A stretch of DNA of 64,000 nt from an uncultured Anaerolineae bacterium (GCA_964481205.1 CAYZYE010000001.1:16552-80551); one strand, 5' to 3'. Counted from the stretch's first letter, positions 1-10,318 are shown. Numbers and translations are program-made. Notes: generated by a model not told the origin, from the sequence alone.

Positions 1-1352
1 TCTGGTTCGACGACGCCGCCGAAAAAATGGGCGTTGACGTGATGCGCTGGATGTACTGCACACACAAACCAGAACAAGACCTGCGCTTTGGCTATCACGC
101 CGCCGACGAAACACGCCGCCGTTTTCTCATTCCGCTGTGGAACGTATACGCCTTTTTCGTCAACTATGCCCGCCTCGACCAATGGCAGCCCGACAAACTG
201 CCGCTGGCCGAACAATCGCTCTCGCTGCTCGACCGCTGGATGCTGGCCAAACTCAACCAGCTCATCGCCGACGTAACCGCCGAAATGGACGACTATGACG
301 TATTTGACGCCGCCAACCAGATCGAAGCCTTTATCGACCAAGTCAGCAACTGGTACGTGCGCCGCAGCCGGCGCCGCTTTTGGCGCAGCGCCGGCCAAGG
401 CGACGCCGACAAAAACGCCGCCTACAGCACACTGTACCAGGTATTGAACCAGTTGTGCGTGCTGATCGCGCCCTTTGCGCCCTTTGTCGTCGAAACAATG
501 TACCAAAACCTGGTCAAGAACGGCAATAGAAACCAGATTCCTGAATCACCAGAGAGCGTTCACCACCAGGCCTGGCCCGTCGCCGACCCGGCGCTGATCG
601 ACCAAGAACTGCTGGCCGATATGGACCTGGCAATCATGGTCGCCTCGCTGGGCCGTTCGGCGCGCAGTACGTCCAACATCAAACTGCGCCAACCGTTGGC
701 CCAAGCCATCGTCGTCGCCGACGCGCGCCAACAAGCGCGCCTGGAGCGCCTGTCCGACATTGTGCTCGACGAGTTGAACGTCAAAAAACTCGAATTTGCC
801 CGCCAGGCCGACGACCTGGTGCATTACGAGATCGGCCTCGATCCGCGCATCCTGGGCAAAAAGCATGGCCCGCTGTTCCCCAAACTGCGTCAGGCCGTCG
901 CCGCGCTCGACCCGCTGCCCCTGGCGCGCAAACTAGAGCGCGGCCAGGCGGTGACAATCATCGTCGGCGGCGAACCGGTCGAACTATTGCCCCAAGAAGC
1001 CCAGGTGCGTATGCGCGCCCAAGAGGGCCTGGCCGTTGCCGACGCCGGCGGCATAGTCGTCGGCATCGACACCGGATTGACGCCGCAACTGATTCGAGAA
1101 GGGCTGGCCCGCGACCTGGTACGCCGTATCCAGGACGCGCGCAAAAACGCCGGGTTCAAGATCGAAGACCGGATCGTCCTCACCTACCAAACTGGCGAAA
1201 CCCTGAGCGCCGTTTTCACGACACTGGGCGCGTACCTGGCCCAAGAAACACTGGCCGTGCAGATCATCGCCGGGCCGCCGGCAGAGCCGGGTTTCGTCGA
1301 TCAATTTGAACTGAACGGCGAACCGATCACGATAAGCATACATCAGGCGTAA
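1..1352 (+). CDS. ileS: isoleucine--tRNA ligase, C-terminal portion (5' end outside the window)
   Basis: Open frame runs from the window edge (frame of ORF 27..1352). Translation carries the class-I aaRS anticodon-binding/C-terminal region typical of IleRS (..NWYVRRSRRRFW..DADK.AAYSTLYQVL..). A strong intrinsic terminator follows. Confidence 0.8.
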   Translation, partial: WFDDAAEKMGVDVMRWMYCTHKPEQDLRFGYHAADETRRRFLIPLWNVYAFFVNYARLDQWQPDKLPLAEQSLSLLDRWMLAKLNQLIADVTAEMDDYDVFDAANQIEAFIDQVSNWYVRRSRRRFWRSAGQGDADKNAAYSTLYQVLNQLCVLIAPFAPFVVETMYQNLVKNGNRNQIPESPESVHHQAWPVADPALIDQELLADMDLAIMVASLGRSARSTSNIKLRQPLAQAIVVADARQQARLERLSDIVLDELNVKKLEFARQADDLVHYEIGLDPRILGKKHGPLFPKLRQAVAALDPLPLARKLERGQAVTIIVGGEPVELLPQEAQVRMRAQEGLAVADAGGIVVGIDTGLTPQLIREGLARDLVRRIQDARKNAGFKIEDRIVLTYQTGETLSAVFTTLGAYLAQETLAVQIIAGPPAEPGFVDQFELNGEPITISIHQA

Positions 1353-1399
1353 ATGGTTTGGGCATCCGTAGCATAGCCCCTTACGCGCTGAACAAACAG

Positions 1400-1436
1400 G
1401 AAACCCGAATTTTTGGAAAATTCGGGTTTCTTTGAT
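1400..1436 (+). terminator. Rho-independent terminator of ileS
   Basis: Perfect 13-bp inverted repeat aaacccgaatttt / aaaattcgggttt with a 3-nt loop, followed by ctttgat on the plus strand, 48 nt after the ileS stop. Confidence 0.85.
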
Positions 1437-1447
1437 AAAATATCACA

Positions 1448-2233
1448 ATGACCAACCCAGACCTGCTCCAACAAGCCATCCAAGCGATCGAGTCCGGCGA
1501 CGACGCCGCCGGACGGCAGTTGCTCACCCGACTCGTGCGCATCGAACCGCGCAACGCCCACGCCTGGCTGTGGTTGAGCCAGGTCGTGCCGCGCCAGGAA
1601 CACCAACTCGACTGCCTGCTCCGCGTCCTGTCGATCGAGCCGGAAAACGAGTTGGCGCTGACCAAACTGGCCCAACTGGGCCGCGCGCAAACCCCGGCAC
1701 AGTCAGAGCACGCCGCCCCCCCCAGGCCGCCTCCAATGACAACCCAACGGCGCCAAATTGTGCCCCAATCACCGGCGCGACGCCCGCGATCGCCGTACCG
1801 GCCGCACCAGGACATCGATCAAGAGATCGCCGAACAGAAAAAAAAGCGCGGCTATCGCAACATTATGCTTGCCGTGATGATGTTGCTAAGCGCGGCATGC
1901 GGCATTGTCCTGATCGTCATCACCATAACCGTGATCAAACCCAGGGCAGAAAAACGCCTGAAACCCACCCCCGAACCAGTCCTCTATACGGCGACACTAT
2001 GGTGCCTGCCATGCGATCAGGCCGGTAGCCAAATTGTCCTGTGGGAAAAAGTAGGCGATGGCATCTCACGCGGCGGCCAGGTCGGCGCACTGCCCCACGA
2101 CACAACCGTATCGGTACTGGCCGAGGTGTGGTCGGCGCCCGAAGAACGCACCTATTTCAAGGTGACAGCCGAGGGACAAACGGGCTGGGTACCGGAGACG
2201 TTTATCAAACAGCCCAGGCAACCCCCAGATTGA
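1448..2233 (+). CDS. TPR-like repeat protein with Pro-rich linker, one TM helix and a C-terminal globular domain (hypothetical)
   Basis: ATG start. The N-terminus has TPR-like helices (ESGDDAAGRQLLTRLVRIEPRNAHAWLWLS..). A Pro/Arg-rich linker follows, then a hydrophobic helix IMLAVMMLLSAACGIVLIVITITVI, then a C-terminal roughly 90-aa domain. Confidence 0.6.
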   Translation: MTNPDLLQQAIQAIESGDDAAGRQLLTRLVRIEPRNAHAWLWLSQVVPRQEHQLDCLLRVLSIEPENELALTKLAQLGRAQTPAQSEHAAPPRPPPMTTQRRQIVPQSPARRPRSPYRPHQDIDQEIAEQKKKRGYRNIMLAVMMLLSAACGIVLIVITITVIKPRAEKRLKPTPEPVLYTATLWCLPCDQAGSQIVLWEKVGDGISRGGQVGALPHDTTVSVLAEVWSAPEERTYFKVTAEGQTGWVPETFIKQPRQPPD

Positions 2234-2242
2234 ACCGCGCCG

Positions 2243-3184
2243 CTACTCCACCAGTTCGCGCCAGCGCCCCTCATCGAGCAGTTCCTTGAGGCTGACGGCC
2301 AGATCGCTCTCGCGGCGTCCCAGCATCACACTGGCCACAAGCAGCAAGCCCCCCAACCACTGCACCAGCATCAACCGCTCGCCAAGCCAGAAAAAAGCCA
2401 CCAGCAAAGCCACCAGCAACTCGGCCAGGCCAAGCAGCGAGGTCTGCGCGCCGCCCAGACTTTGCAACCCGGCGAACATTAGCAAACGCGCCAAAATCGT
2501 CGGAAAGAGCGTCAGGCCGAAGACGGCCAACCAGCCCTCGGCCGAAACCGGCGTCCAGGGCGCGCCGTTGAGCAAACGCGCGACGCTGACGACAACGGCC
2601 ATCGTCGTCAGTACATACAGCGTCACCGAGCGCGAGTCGACATCGGCCAGCGTCCACTGCCCCAGCACCAGGTGCCAGGCATACAGCGCGCCGGAGCTGA
2701 TCAACAACATCACCCCCAGCCAATCGACATCTTGGGCGCCGGTATAAGTCAGCGCCACCACGCCGACTAGCGCCAATCCCAGCCGGACAAGCGACATCGT
2801 CGAGATGTGATGTCCGGCGGCGATCAAAAAGATGAACACCCAGATGGGATAGAGCGTATACAACAACTGCGCCAGCGAAGCGTCGATGCGCCCCAGACCA
2901 GAATAATAGAGCAACGAGCCGAGGCCATTGGCGACCCCCATCCCGACACAACCCATCAAGTTTCGCCAGTCGATGGGAATCGCATCGCGCCAAAACAAGA
3001 GGTACACCAACCACAAAATGGTCGCCGCGCCCACCGTGCGCAACATCACCAGGGTAAAAGGCATCACCTGCGCCCGGTAGGCCAACTTGCCAAAAATAGG
3101 CGCCATCCCGAAAAAGATGGTCGAAGCCAGCGTGAGCAAAATACCCCGCACGCGCGTCTTTTTATCCAACACTTGGTCTTGCAT
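2243..3184 (-). CDS. EamA/DMT-family transporter (10 TM)
   Basis: Two EamA-like halves of 5 TM each. The start was moved from the ORF-track start to ATG at 3182-3184 (MQDQVLDKK..). It is convergent with the upstream plus-strand gene. Confidence 0.75.
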   Translation of the reverse strand: MQDQVLDKKTRVRGILLTLASTIFFGMAPIFGKLAYRAQVMPFTLVMLRTVGAATILWLVYLLFWRDAIPIDWRNLMGCVGMGVANGLGSLLYYSGLGRIDASLAQLLYTLYPIWVFIFLIAAGHHISTMSLVRLGLALVGVVALTYTGAQDVDWLGVMLLISSGALYAWHLVLGQWTLADVDSRSVTLYVLTTMAVVVSVARLLNGAPWTPVSAEGWLAVFGLTLFPTILARLLMFAGLQSLGGAQTSLLGLAELLVALLVAFFWLGERLMLVQWLGGLLLVASVMLGRRESDLAVSLKELLDEGRWRELVE

Positions 3185-3262
3185 CGTCAATACCCTCAAA
3201 TAAGAACGCCCACAAGAGGCTATGCCGCCAACCCCCCAACTCGTTTGAAACACACCCAAATA

Positions 3263-3290
3263 AAAACGGCCTCTGACAGGCCGCTTTTAT
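3263..3290 (-). terminator. Intrinsic terminator at the end of the sensor train (bidirectional-looking hairpin)
   Basis: cggcct-ctgac-aggccg hairpin flanked by T-runs on both strands (aaaaacggcctctgacaggccgcttttattt). It lies about 40 nt after the stop of the ThrC-REC gene on the minus strand. Confidence 0.6.
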
Positions 3291-3320
3291 TTGAGCAAAT
3301 GTCTTTCGATCCAATCCACA

Positions 3321-4988
3321 TTATCCCAAAATATCGTCGATCTCTTCCAAAATATCGGTGCTCAAAAACGTGCCCTTTTGCAACAGACGGCGCACGCGCC
3401 CATCCAACCGCTGCCGTTCCGTCGCCGTCAACTCTTGCGCCGTCACCACGATCACCGGAATATCGCGGAAACGCTCGTCGGCCTTGAGCGCGTCGATCAC
3501 GCCAAAGCCATCGACCTCCGGCATCATCAAATCCAACAAGATGAGATCGGGGCGATTTTGATGGATCATCTCTAGCCCTTCACGCCCATTGTGCGCCTCG
3601 TCGATCTGATACTCGCCCTGCGCCTGAAGCACGCGCCGCAGCAACCGCGCCGCGTCGAGATTATCCTCCAAAATCGCAATACGCCTCGTGCGCTGATCCA
3701 GGCGCTCCAACGAAGCCAGCAGTCCCTCCTCTTGCGCCAACGGCGCGCCGCCGCTCTCCTTGCCCGCCAACTCGAGATTGTGCTGCCAATCGTCGCCCAA
3801 CAAAAACTTTTCCACCGGAAAGGTATGCCCGGAACAATTGACGACGATCACATCATCGGGCTGAATCAATCCCTGCGCAGCCATCTTGAACAGACCGGCA
3901 AAAGCCATCGCCGCCGCCGGCTCCATCGAGATGCCATCCATCTTGGCCAAAACGTGCATCGCCCGGAAGGCCTCGCCGTCGGTGACTTTTTCAAACGCGC
4001 CGCCGTGCTCCATCACCACCTTGCGCAAGTATGAATACGCCGCCCCCGGCTTGCCGGTCGCCACCGTCGCGATCAACGTCTGCGGGTTGAGCACCGGCTC
4101 GGCTTCGGTCAACCCGGCGCGGAACGAATCGACGATCGGGGCGCACCCCGCCACCTGAATACTGGCCAACTTGGGACGCCTGTCGACCAACCCCATTTCC
4201 CTCATCTCGCCAAACGCTTTCCACACACCCACCGGGCCCATCGCGCCGCTGACGGCCTGAAAGTACCAATCGGGCGCGCGCCACGGCGTCTTGGCCGACG
4301 GCCCCAATATCCGGCCCAATTGTTCGGCCACCTCAAAACCCAGAGTCTTCATCGCCTCGCGCGCAGCGATGCTTTTCAAGCCGCGGTCATAAAACAAACC
4401 TTTGCTTTGCGCAAAATCGGCGGCCACAACCTTGGTCTGATCATAGGTGCCCGTCACCTTGATCACATCGGTGCCGTACAGCGCGATCTCGCGCATCTTT
4501 TCTGGGGGCACGCTGCTGGGCAAAAAAGCCCACAACTTGATCCCGGCATGCGTAGAATACGCCGAATACGAGATCGCGACATTGCCCGTCGAGGCCAAAA
4601 CGGCTTCTGTCACCCCATTTTCCCGCATCGCCGAAATAGCCAACGCCGCCTGTCGATCCTTGAACGACCCCGTAGGCCCCTGCCGTTCATCCTTGATATA
4701 CAAATGGCGCAGCCCCAACATCAACCCCACATTGGTCACCTGGTACAGCGGCGTCCCCCCCTCCCCCATCGTCACCCTTTTAGCAAGGTCGCGCAGCGGG
4801 AGCAACTCTTGGTAACGCCACATATCAAACGGACGCCTGGACAACTCGGCATCCCATGTCCAACGCACCCGGTCGTATGGATAACTCACCTCTAGCCAAT
4901 CATTCCCACAAGACGGGCATTTCTGACGCGCACGCAAATAAGGCGCTTTCCAATTACACTTGTTACATTGTAAGTATATCTCTTGCAC
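3321..4988 (-). CDS. Threonine-synthase-family PLP enzyme with N-terminal Zn-ribbon and C-terminal response-regulator receiver domain (ThrC-REC fusion)
   Basis: N-terminal CNKC..CPSC zinc ribbon. The core has GEGGTPL and GPTGSFKDRQAALAIS (PLP-lysine) threonine-synthase motifs. The C-terminal roughly 120 aa is a complete REC (ILEDN..LILLDLMMP..VIVVTA..LLQKG). Start chosen as GTG at 4986-4988, preceded by AGGGGGAAAT; the longer ORF-track start would overlap the upstream kinase by 124 nt. Confidence 0.8.
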   Translation of the reverse strand: MQEIYLQCNKCNWKAPYLRARQKCPSCGNDWLEVSYPYDRVRWTWDAELSRRPFDMWRYQELLPLRDLAKRVTMGEGGTPLYQVTNVGLMLGLRHLYIKDERQGPTGSFKDRQAALAISAMRENGVTEAVLASTGNVAISYSAYSTHAGIKLWAFLPSSVPPEKMREIALYGTDVIKVTGTYDQTKVVAADFAQSKGLFYDRGLKSIAAREAMKTLGFEVAEQLGRILGPSAKTPWRAPDWYFQAVSGAMGPVGVWKAFGEMREMGLVDRRPKLASIQVAGCAPIVDSFRAGLTEAEPVLNPQTLIATVATGKPGAAYSYLRKVVMEHGGAFEKVTDGEAFRAMHVLAKMDGISMEPAAAMAFAGLFKMAAQGLIQPDDVIVVNCSGHTFPVEKFLLGDDWQHNLELAGKESGGAPLAQEEGLLASLERLDQRTRRIAILEDNLDAARLLRRVLQAQGEYQIDEAHNGREGLEMIHQNRPDLILLDLMMPEVDGFGVIDALKADERFRDIPVIVVTAQELTATERQRLDGRVRRLLQKGTFLSTDILEEIDDILG

Positions 4989-4996
4989 ATTTCCCC

Positions 4997-7900
4997 CTAT
5001 AGAGCGCTTCGCGCCAGCCGATTCAATATCTCTAGCATTTGTTTTGCGACAACCGGCTTGGGCACAAAGGCCGCCGCGCCCATACTGATCGCTTTGCCCC
5101 CATCCATTCCCCGAGAACAAACGACAATTGGCGTCATCCGCGTATGCCGCGTCGATTTGAGCGTCTCCAACAACGCCCAGCCCTGCTCACCTCCCAACTG
5201 GGTATCCATCAAAATGACAAAGGGGTTCAGATAGCGCGACCAGCGCACCGCCTCCTGAGGATCGAACAAGGGCACCAGTTGATACCCCACACTGTCCAGG
5301 AAACGACGATACGCGGCCACATCCTCCGAACTGCGTTCGATCACCAGAATCATCTTTTTCGTCTTGTCAATGACCAGATCGGCCAGTTCGGGAATCTCGT
5401 CGGCCATTGGCCCGGCAATAGGCAAATAGAATGTGAATTTAGAGCCAACCCCCTCTTCACTCTCCGCCCAGATTCGACCGCCGTGCATCTCGACCAACGT
5501 GCGGCTGATCGGCATACCCAGACCAGTGCCCTCGGCCGCGCGCGTAGATGACGAGTCAAGCTGGCGGAATTTTTCAAACACCAGACCCATCTTTTCGGCC
5601 GGCATGCCAATCCCCGTATCCGCGATGCTCACGTAAACCAGGTCTTCTTCGCGCCACGTGCTGACCGTGATCGACCCTTCCTCGGTGAACTTGGCGGCGT
5701 TCGACATCAGGTTGCGAATCACCTGGCGAATACGGGTGCTGTCGGCGCGAATCAGCGGCATATCCGGCGCCACATTCAAAATCGGCTCGACCGGCTTTTC
5801 ACCAATCTGCACCGCCAGCGTACCGCGCACCTCCTTTTCGAGCAGCCTGGACATATCCACATCGCTTTCGAGCAACAGTTCCATCTTGCCGGCATCGATC
5901 TTGGATTGATCCAACACATCGTTGATCAAGCGCAACAAGTTTTGACCATTGTTGTAAATGGCCTCCAGGTCTGTTTTCTGCATCTCGTTCAACGGGCCGT
6001 CGATGCCCTTGAGCATCACCCGCGAAAAGCCAATGATCGAATTCAGCGGTGTGCGCAACTCGTGCGACATTGTGGCCAGAAACTCGGCGCGGAACTGGTC
6101 GATCTCGCGCAGCTGTTCGGCAACGCGCTCAATCTCGGCAGCGCGCTGTTGCAAAGACTCGAACAATTGCGCATTTTCGATCGCCGAAGACAGCTGCGAA
6201 GTCACCCCCTCAATGATCTCCAACTCTTCTTCGCTCCACTCGCGCTGCATCCCCAACTCTTGCACACCCAACATCCCAATGACCTGACCACGCCGGTCGA
6301 TGGGAGCGACAAACGCGGTTTCCGCGTCGCCGTCCCCTTCTTTGGCCCAGGCCAAAGGAGATTTTTCCGTGAGCACGCGCTCGGCCTCCGATGGAACAGC
6401 CTCCAGCGGCGGCACCCCCGGCTGCCGGAAAATGAAATCCCGCTCATCCTTGATCGCCAGATAATCTTCCCACGATTCTCGCAACAAATTTTGCTGCAAC
6501 GTAGTGATCTCGGCCAAACGCTCCTGCGCATCCTCGAACAAGCGTGCATTTTCGAGTGCCTGCCCCATTTGCTCGGCAATAGACTGCACGATCGCCACCG
6601 CGTCTTGCGACCATGTTTGCGCCACACCCGGATCGTGGACGCCCAATACCCCCAAAACATGACCGCCATAAGAAATAGGTACGGCGATCCTGTCCGGTTC
6701 CACCACCGGGCGGTCCGTCTCCAACACATTGGCAACCTGAGGAACAAGCCGGTGTCCCAGAGGTTGAATATCCCCGCCGCGCAGTTGATACCCCGCAGAA
6801 CGAAGCCTGGGGGCAAGCCGGTCCCATGACTCGCCCACATACCGCTTGCGCAGCTGCTCCAAATCCTCCAAAGCAAAACGCGCCTCGCTCATCGAGCGAA
6901 TGTTGGCAATACCGCTTGCCGTTTGATCGGCGATTGTGGTCAAAATAGCCACATCCTGATCGTCCAGCGTCACGCGGTCCGGGCTTTGCAAACTCAACAC
7001 ACCAACAAGCTCACCTCGCGCCGACAGCGGCACCGCGGCCTCAAAATACACATCGGCGATGTGATAGCTGGCCTGCGCCGCCTGCCCGGACACCTCCTGG
7101 ACAAAGCGCGATTGCGCATGGACGACGCACCAACCGGCCACCGTTCGATCGTTGACCGGCGCCCGCTCCCCCGATGGTATCTCGCTGCTGCTCGAAGCAG
7201 CAACCGTCATCCATGCGCTATCCTCGTCCACCAGAAACAGCAGGGTATACATGTGAAACCCTTGCCTGACCAGTTGGACAACCTGTTCTGCCAGCTCGGG
7301 AATACGTTCCGCCGATGTCACAACCTGGGAAACCTGGGACGAGACGCGCAACTGAACCGCCCGCTGCACCAACTCGGTGTTCACCTGCTCTAGCCTTTGA
7401 TTGAGCGTATCTTGCTGCTGAAGACTTTTCTGCAACTCGACACGGCTTTGCACCAGCTGCTCGGTTCGTTCTTGAGCGCGCTGGTAACTGCCAAGCGCCC
7501 ACTTGACCGTGTCAAAAAGAGGCCGAAAAGTGATCCAGGCCAAACCAACACCCAGCCCGGAAAAGAGCAGCGCGCCATAAGCCAAAGGCGGCGCGTTGCC
7601 AAGCAAAGCAGGGAACACAACCGTCGCCAGAAACTGGATACCAAACAAAACGACCGTACTCCATGGCGAGAGGAGCAACCCGGAGATCGAAATCAACAAC
7701 GTAAAGGCAAATGGCAGGCTTTGCCAGATCATCGCCTCCCCAGTTTTGTCGCCGAACCGCGGTGGAAACACAAGCGGCACACACAACGCCAGCGCATTGA
7801 CCAGGATAAACGCCCACGCCGCCCGGTCGAACGCATTTCGTTGTTGAAATTGTTGGGTCAAGATCGACGCGGCAACGAGAACAGCAAAGAACAGATACCA

Positions 7901-8041
7901 AATTGTGCCTGACTCTGGCGCGCCGAGCAAAACCATCAAGATAATAAAGGCAAAACCCAACCCTATTTTCCACAAAAGGCTCAACAGAGAATGCCGAAAG
8001 TCGAGCGGCCCCTCTTGTTCAACCCATTGAGATGCACCCAT
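4997..8041 (-). CDS. Hybrid sensor histidine kinase: polytopic membrane N-terminus, coiled coil, three GAF-type domains, HisKA, HATPase_c and C-terminal REC
   Basis: ATG with GGAGG at -6. H-box MSHELRTPLNSIIGFS, N-box NLMSNAAKFTEEG, G1 DTGIGM, G2 GTGLGM, then a REC (ILVIE..ILMDTQL..VVCS..FVPKP). It is the only intact kinase in the window and the last sensor of the train. Confidence 0.9.
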   Translation of the reverse strand: MGASQWVEQEGPLDFRHSLLSLLWKIGLGFAFIILMVLLGAPESGTIWYLFFAVLVAASILTQQFQQRNAFDRAAWAFILVNALALCVPLVFPPRFGDKTGEAMIWQSLPFAFTLLISISGLLLSPWSTVVLFGIQFLATVVFPALLGNAPPLAYGALLFSGLGVGLAWITFRPLFDTVKWALGSYQRAQERTEQLVQSRVELQKSLQQQDTLNQRLEQVNTELVQRAVQLRVSSQVSQVVTSAERIPELAEQVVQLVRQGFHMYTLLFLVDEDSAWMTVAASSSSEIPSGERAPVNDRTVAGWCVVHAQSRFVQEVSGQAAQASYHIADVYFEAAVPLSARGELVGVLSLQSPDRVTLDDQDVAILTTIADQTASGIANIRSMSEARFALEDLEQLRKRYVGESWDRLAPRLRSAGYQLRGGDIQPLGHRLVPQVANVLETDRPVVEPDRIAVPISYGGHVLGVLGVHDPGVAQTWSQDAVAIVQSIAEQMGQALENARLFEDAQERLAEITTLQQNLLRESWEDYLAIKDERDFIFRQPGVPPLEAVPSEAERVLTEKSPLAWAKEGDGDAETAFVAPIDRRGQVIGMLGVQELGMQREWSEEELEIIEGVTSQLSSAIENAQLFESLQQRAAEIERVAEQLREIDQFRAEFLATMSHELRTPLNSIIGFSRVMLKGIDGPLNEMQKTDLEAIYNNGQNLLRLINDVLDQSKIDAGKMELLLESDVDMSRLLEKEVRGTLAVQIGEKPVEPILNVAPDMPLIRADSTRIRQVIRNLMSNAAKFTEEGSITVSTWREEDLVYVSIADTGIGMPAEKMGLVFEKFRQLDSSSTRAAEGTGLGMPISRTLVEMHGGRIWAESEEGVGSKFTFYLPIAGPMADEIPELADLVIDKTKKMILVIERSSEDVAAYRRFLDSVGYQLVPLFDPQEAVRWSRYLNPFVILMDTQLGGEQGWALLETLKSTRHTRMTPIVVCSRGMDGGKAISMGAAAFVPKPVVAKQMLEILNRLARSAL

Positions 8042-8076
8042 TTTGTTCCTCCAACCGTGTTCGCCTCACCCCAAAC

Positions 8077-10278
8077 CTACTCTTGCGATGAAAGCCCCCT
8101 GGTATTCAACTGCACAAAAGCAGCGGGCACATTCAAAACCCGCGCCAGATCGGCGATCGTCGTCTGCATCAACGCATCCAAACTGACGCGAGCCTGCATA
8201 TTGGCGCCAATCTCGCGGATCTGGCGTTCTCTAATCTCGCGCGACTGTGTTTCCTGGTAAAAACGCGCCGCTTCCAAAGCATACGACAACTGTTCGGTCA
8301 CATCTTGCAGCCAGGCCACCTCTTGCGGCGTCCATTCGCCGTCTGCCGCTGGCTTGACCGTATCCAACACGCCAATGATCTCTTCACCAATGCGAATGGG
8401 GATCGCCAACGGCGCCCCTTGCGGATCACGATCTTGGGCCTCGGGGGCCAGGATCGTCTGCCCCTCCTGAATCGCCCGCGCCATCTCGGGGCGCGACACC
8501 GGAGGCAATTTGGTCACACCGCGCGCATCACTGCGAAAAGCCATCCCGCCGCCGCGCAACAACTCTAGCCAGGCCTGACGGCTCATCCCGCTATAGGCAC
8601 GCTCTGCGGAGGCCAACGCCTCTTGAACCTGGGCAAACAAGCGCGCATTATCCAACGCGCTTGCCACCTGATCGGCCATCGTCTGCAACGCAACCAGTGC
8701 GTTTTGGTCAAACGCATCCGGCTGGTCGCTCTGCACGGTGATCGCGCCCACAACATGCCCGTGGGCGCGCATCGGCAGCGCCGCCTCAGATTGCGTGTCC
8801 GGCAGTTCATCGGCGACCAGACGCACCTGGTCCTGGCTCACATCAGAGGCAACGCGAATCTGATCGTTGGCAATGCACCAACCCACCATCCCCTCGCCAA
8901 CCCGAATGCGATGCCCGCGAGCAACCATACGGCGTCCATATTCGCCGCTGCCGGCCCGCAACACCGCCCACTCGCCGCTCTCATCGACTTGAAACAAACC
9001 AACATAATACAAGCCAAACCGATCTTGAATGACCTGGGCCACCTGGCGAATGAGTTGATCGACATCCAAAATGGACGAAAGCGTTCGCCCCACGTCGGCC
9101 GTCGCTTGCAAGTACACCGTCTGCTGCTCCAGAGCGCGGGTCCGTTCGCCGACACGCCGTTCCAAACTGCCCACCAGCTCGCGCAACTGCGCGGTCATAC
9201 TATTGAACGCCCGCGCCAATGCGCCAATCTCGTCTTCCCGCTCGACCGTAGCCACCAGGTCGCGTTCGCCGGCAGCAATTCGACGCGCCACCTGGGCCAA
9301 ATTGACAATGGGCACCGAAATCTGCCGCGTCATGGCAAACGAAGCCCATACCGCACTCGTCGTCATCAGCAACGCCGTAACGCCGGTCGCCGCCAACATC
9401 ATGTACATCGCTTTGAAAGCAACAACTTGGGGAACTTCTACCAACAACACAAGCTGGATTTTCGGCAACCATTGATAAGCGCCAATGACCGGCACCCCCA
9501 CATGATTGGCATACAAGGCCGAACCGCTCGCCCCCTTCAACGCTTCGATCGCGCCGGGTGTACGGGCAATCATTTGCGGCCGATCGATGCCGGTACCGGC
9601 CACAATCACATAATCGGAATCAATGAGGTAATTCTTTGTATTCTCGTCTAAAAAAGTGCGCACGTCCATCATTGCCTGCAAAACGTCTATACTGACCCGG
9701 CCGCAAAAAATCCCCGACGTCTCTTGCTGCTCATTCTGGACAGGCTGCACCACAACAATATCGCCATCGCCCAACAGACGAACCGAGTTGGCCGACAACC
9801 CGCTACGGAAAAACTCGGCGTTCCGGTAAAGCCGTCCCCGATCAATGTCTCCGGTAGAAAAAACGACACGCCCCTCGTCGTCGATCAAAAAAAACTCGGC
9901 AAACGGTTGGCCGGGGCCAAGATACGGCCCCAGTTTGAACGCCAAATCCTCGATAACCCCTTGCGCAGCGCCCGTTTCCAAAGCAGAGTTGAAAATCAAC
10001 TGCGCATATATCGACACTTGTTTCTGGACAAATATCTCGTCCAGGCTACTTTGCAAGCCATCGACCCAGGCGTCAATCTGCATCGCCCTGACATTGCCCG
10101 CTGACTCTAGCGTATTGATCGCCCGGCTGCGCCCACTGCGAACACTGAACACGATGGCAATGATCGAAACAGCAACCATCGGCAGCACGCCAACCAACAC
10201 AAAAGCCACAAACAGACGCACGCGAATCGCACGAAACGGGCGAACCTTGAAACTGATATCCTGACTTGTCTCGGTCAT
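8077..10278 (-). CDS. Cache-HAMP-GAF-GAF sensor protein, no output domain
   Basis: Start moved to ATG at 10276-10278 (MTETSQD), which has GGGAG upstream. TM, roughly 280-aa periplasmic Cache-like domain, TM, HAMP (..ARAFNSMTAQLRELV..), tandem GAF (GLYYVGLFQVDESGEWAVLRAGSGEYG..), C-terminal cap ..LDALMQTTIADLARVL... Confidence 0.85.
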   Translation of the reverse strand: MTETSQDISFKVRPFRAIRVRLFVAFVLVGVLPMVAVSIIAIVFSVRSGRSRAINTLESAGNVRAMQIDAWVDGLQSSLDEIFVQKQVSIYAQLIFNSALETGAAQGVIEDLAFKLGPYLGPGQPFAEFFLIDDEGRVVFSTGDIDRGRLYRNAEFFRSGLSANSVRLLGDGDIVVVQPVQNEQQETSGIFCGRVSIDVLQAMMDVRTFLDENTKNYLIDSDYVIVAGTGIDRPQMIARTPGAIEALKGASGSALYANHVGVPVIGAYQWLPKIQLVLLVEVPQVVAFKAMYMMLAATGVTALLMTTSAVWASFAMTRQISVPIVNLAQVARRIAAGERDLVATVEREDEIGALARAFNSMTAQLRELVGSLERRVGERTRALEQQTVYLQATADVGRTLSSILDVDQLIRQVAQVIQDRFGLYYVGLFQVDESGEWAVLRAGSGEYGRRMVARGHRIRVGEGMVGWCIANDQIRVASDVSQDQVRLVADELPDTQSEAALPMRAHGHVVGAITVQSDQPDAFDQNALVALQTMADQVASALDNARLFAQVQEALASAERAYSGMSRQAWLELLRGGGMAFRSDARGVTKLPPVSRPEMARAIQEGQTILAPEAQDRDPQGAPLAIPIRIGEEIIGVLDTVKPAADGEWTPQEVAWLQDVTEQLSYALEAARFYQETQSREIRERQIREIGANMQARVSLDALMQTTIADLARVLNVPAAFVQLNTRGLSSQE

Positions 10279-10318
10279 ACTCACTCCCAACCGTGCCGGT
10301 ACCGCACCCAATCCAGCA

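Noticed and set aside
3185-3260. Promoter for the EamA gene and sigma70-like hexamers in the 63354-63418 spacer
   Set aside because: Several TTGNNN/TANNNT combinations exist but none has convincing spacing. They are not reported as features.
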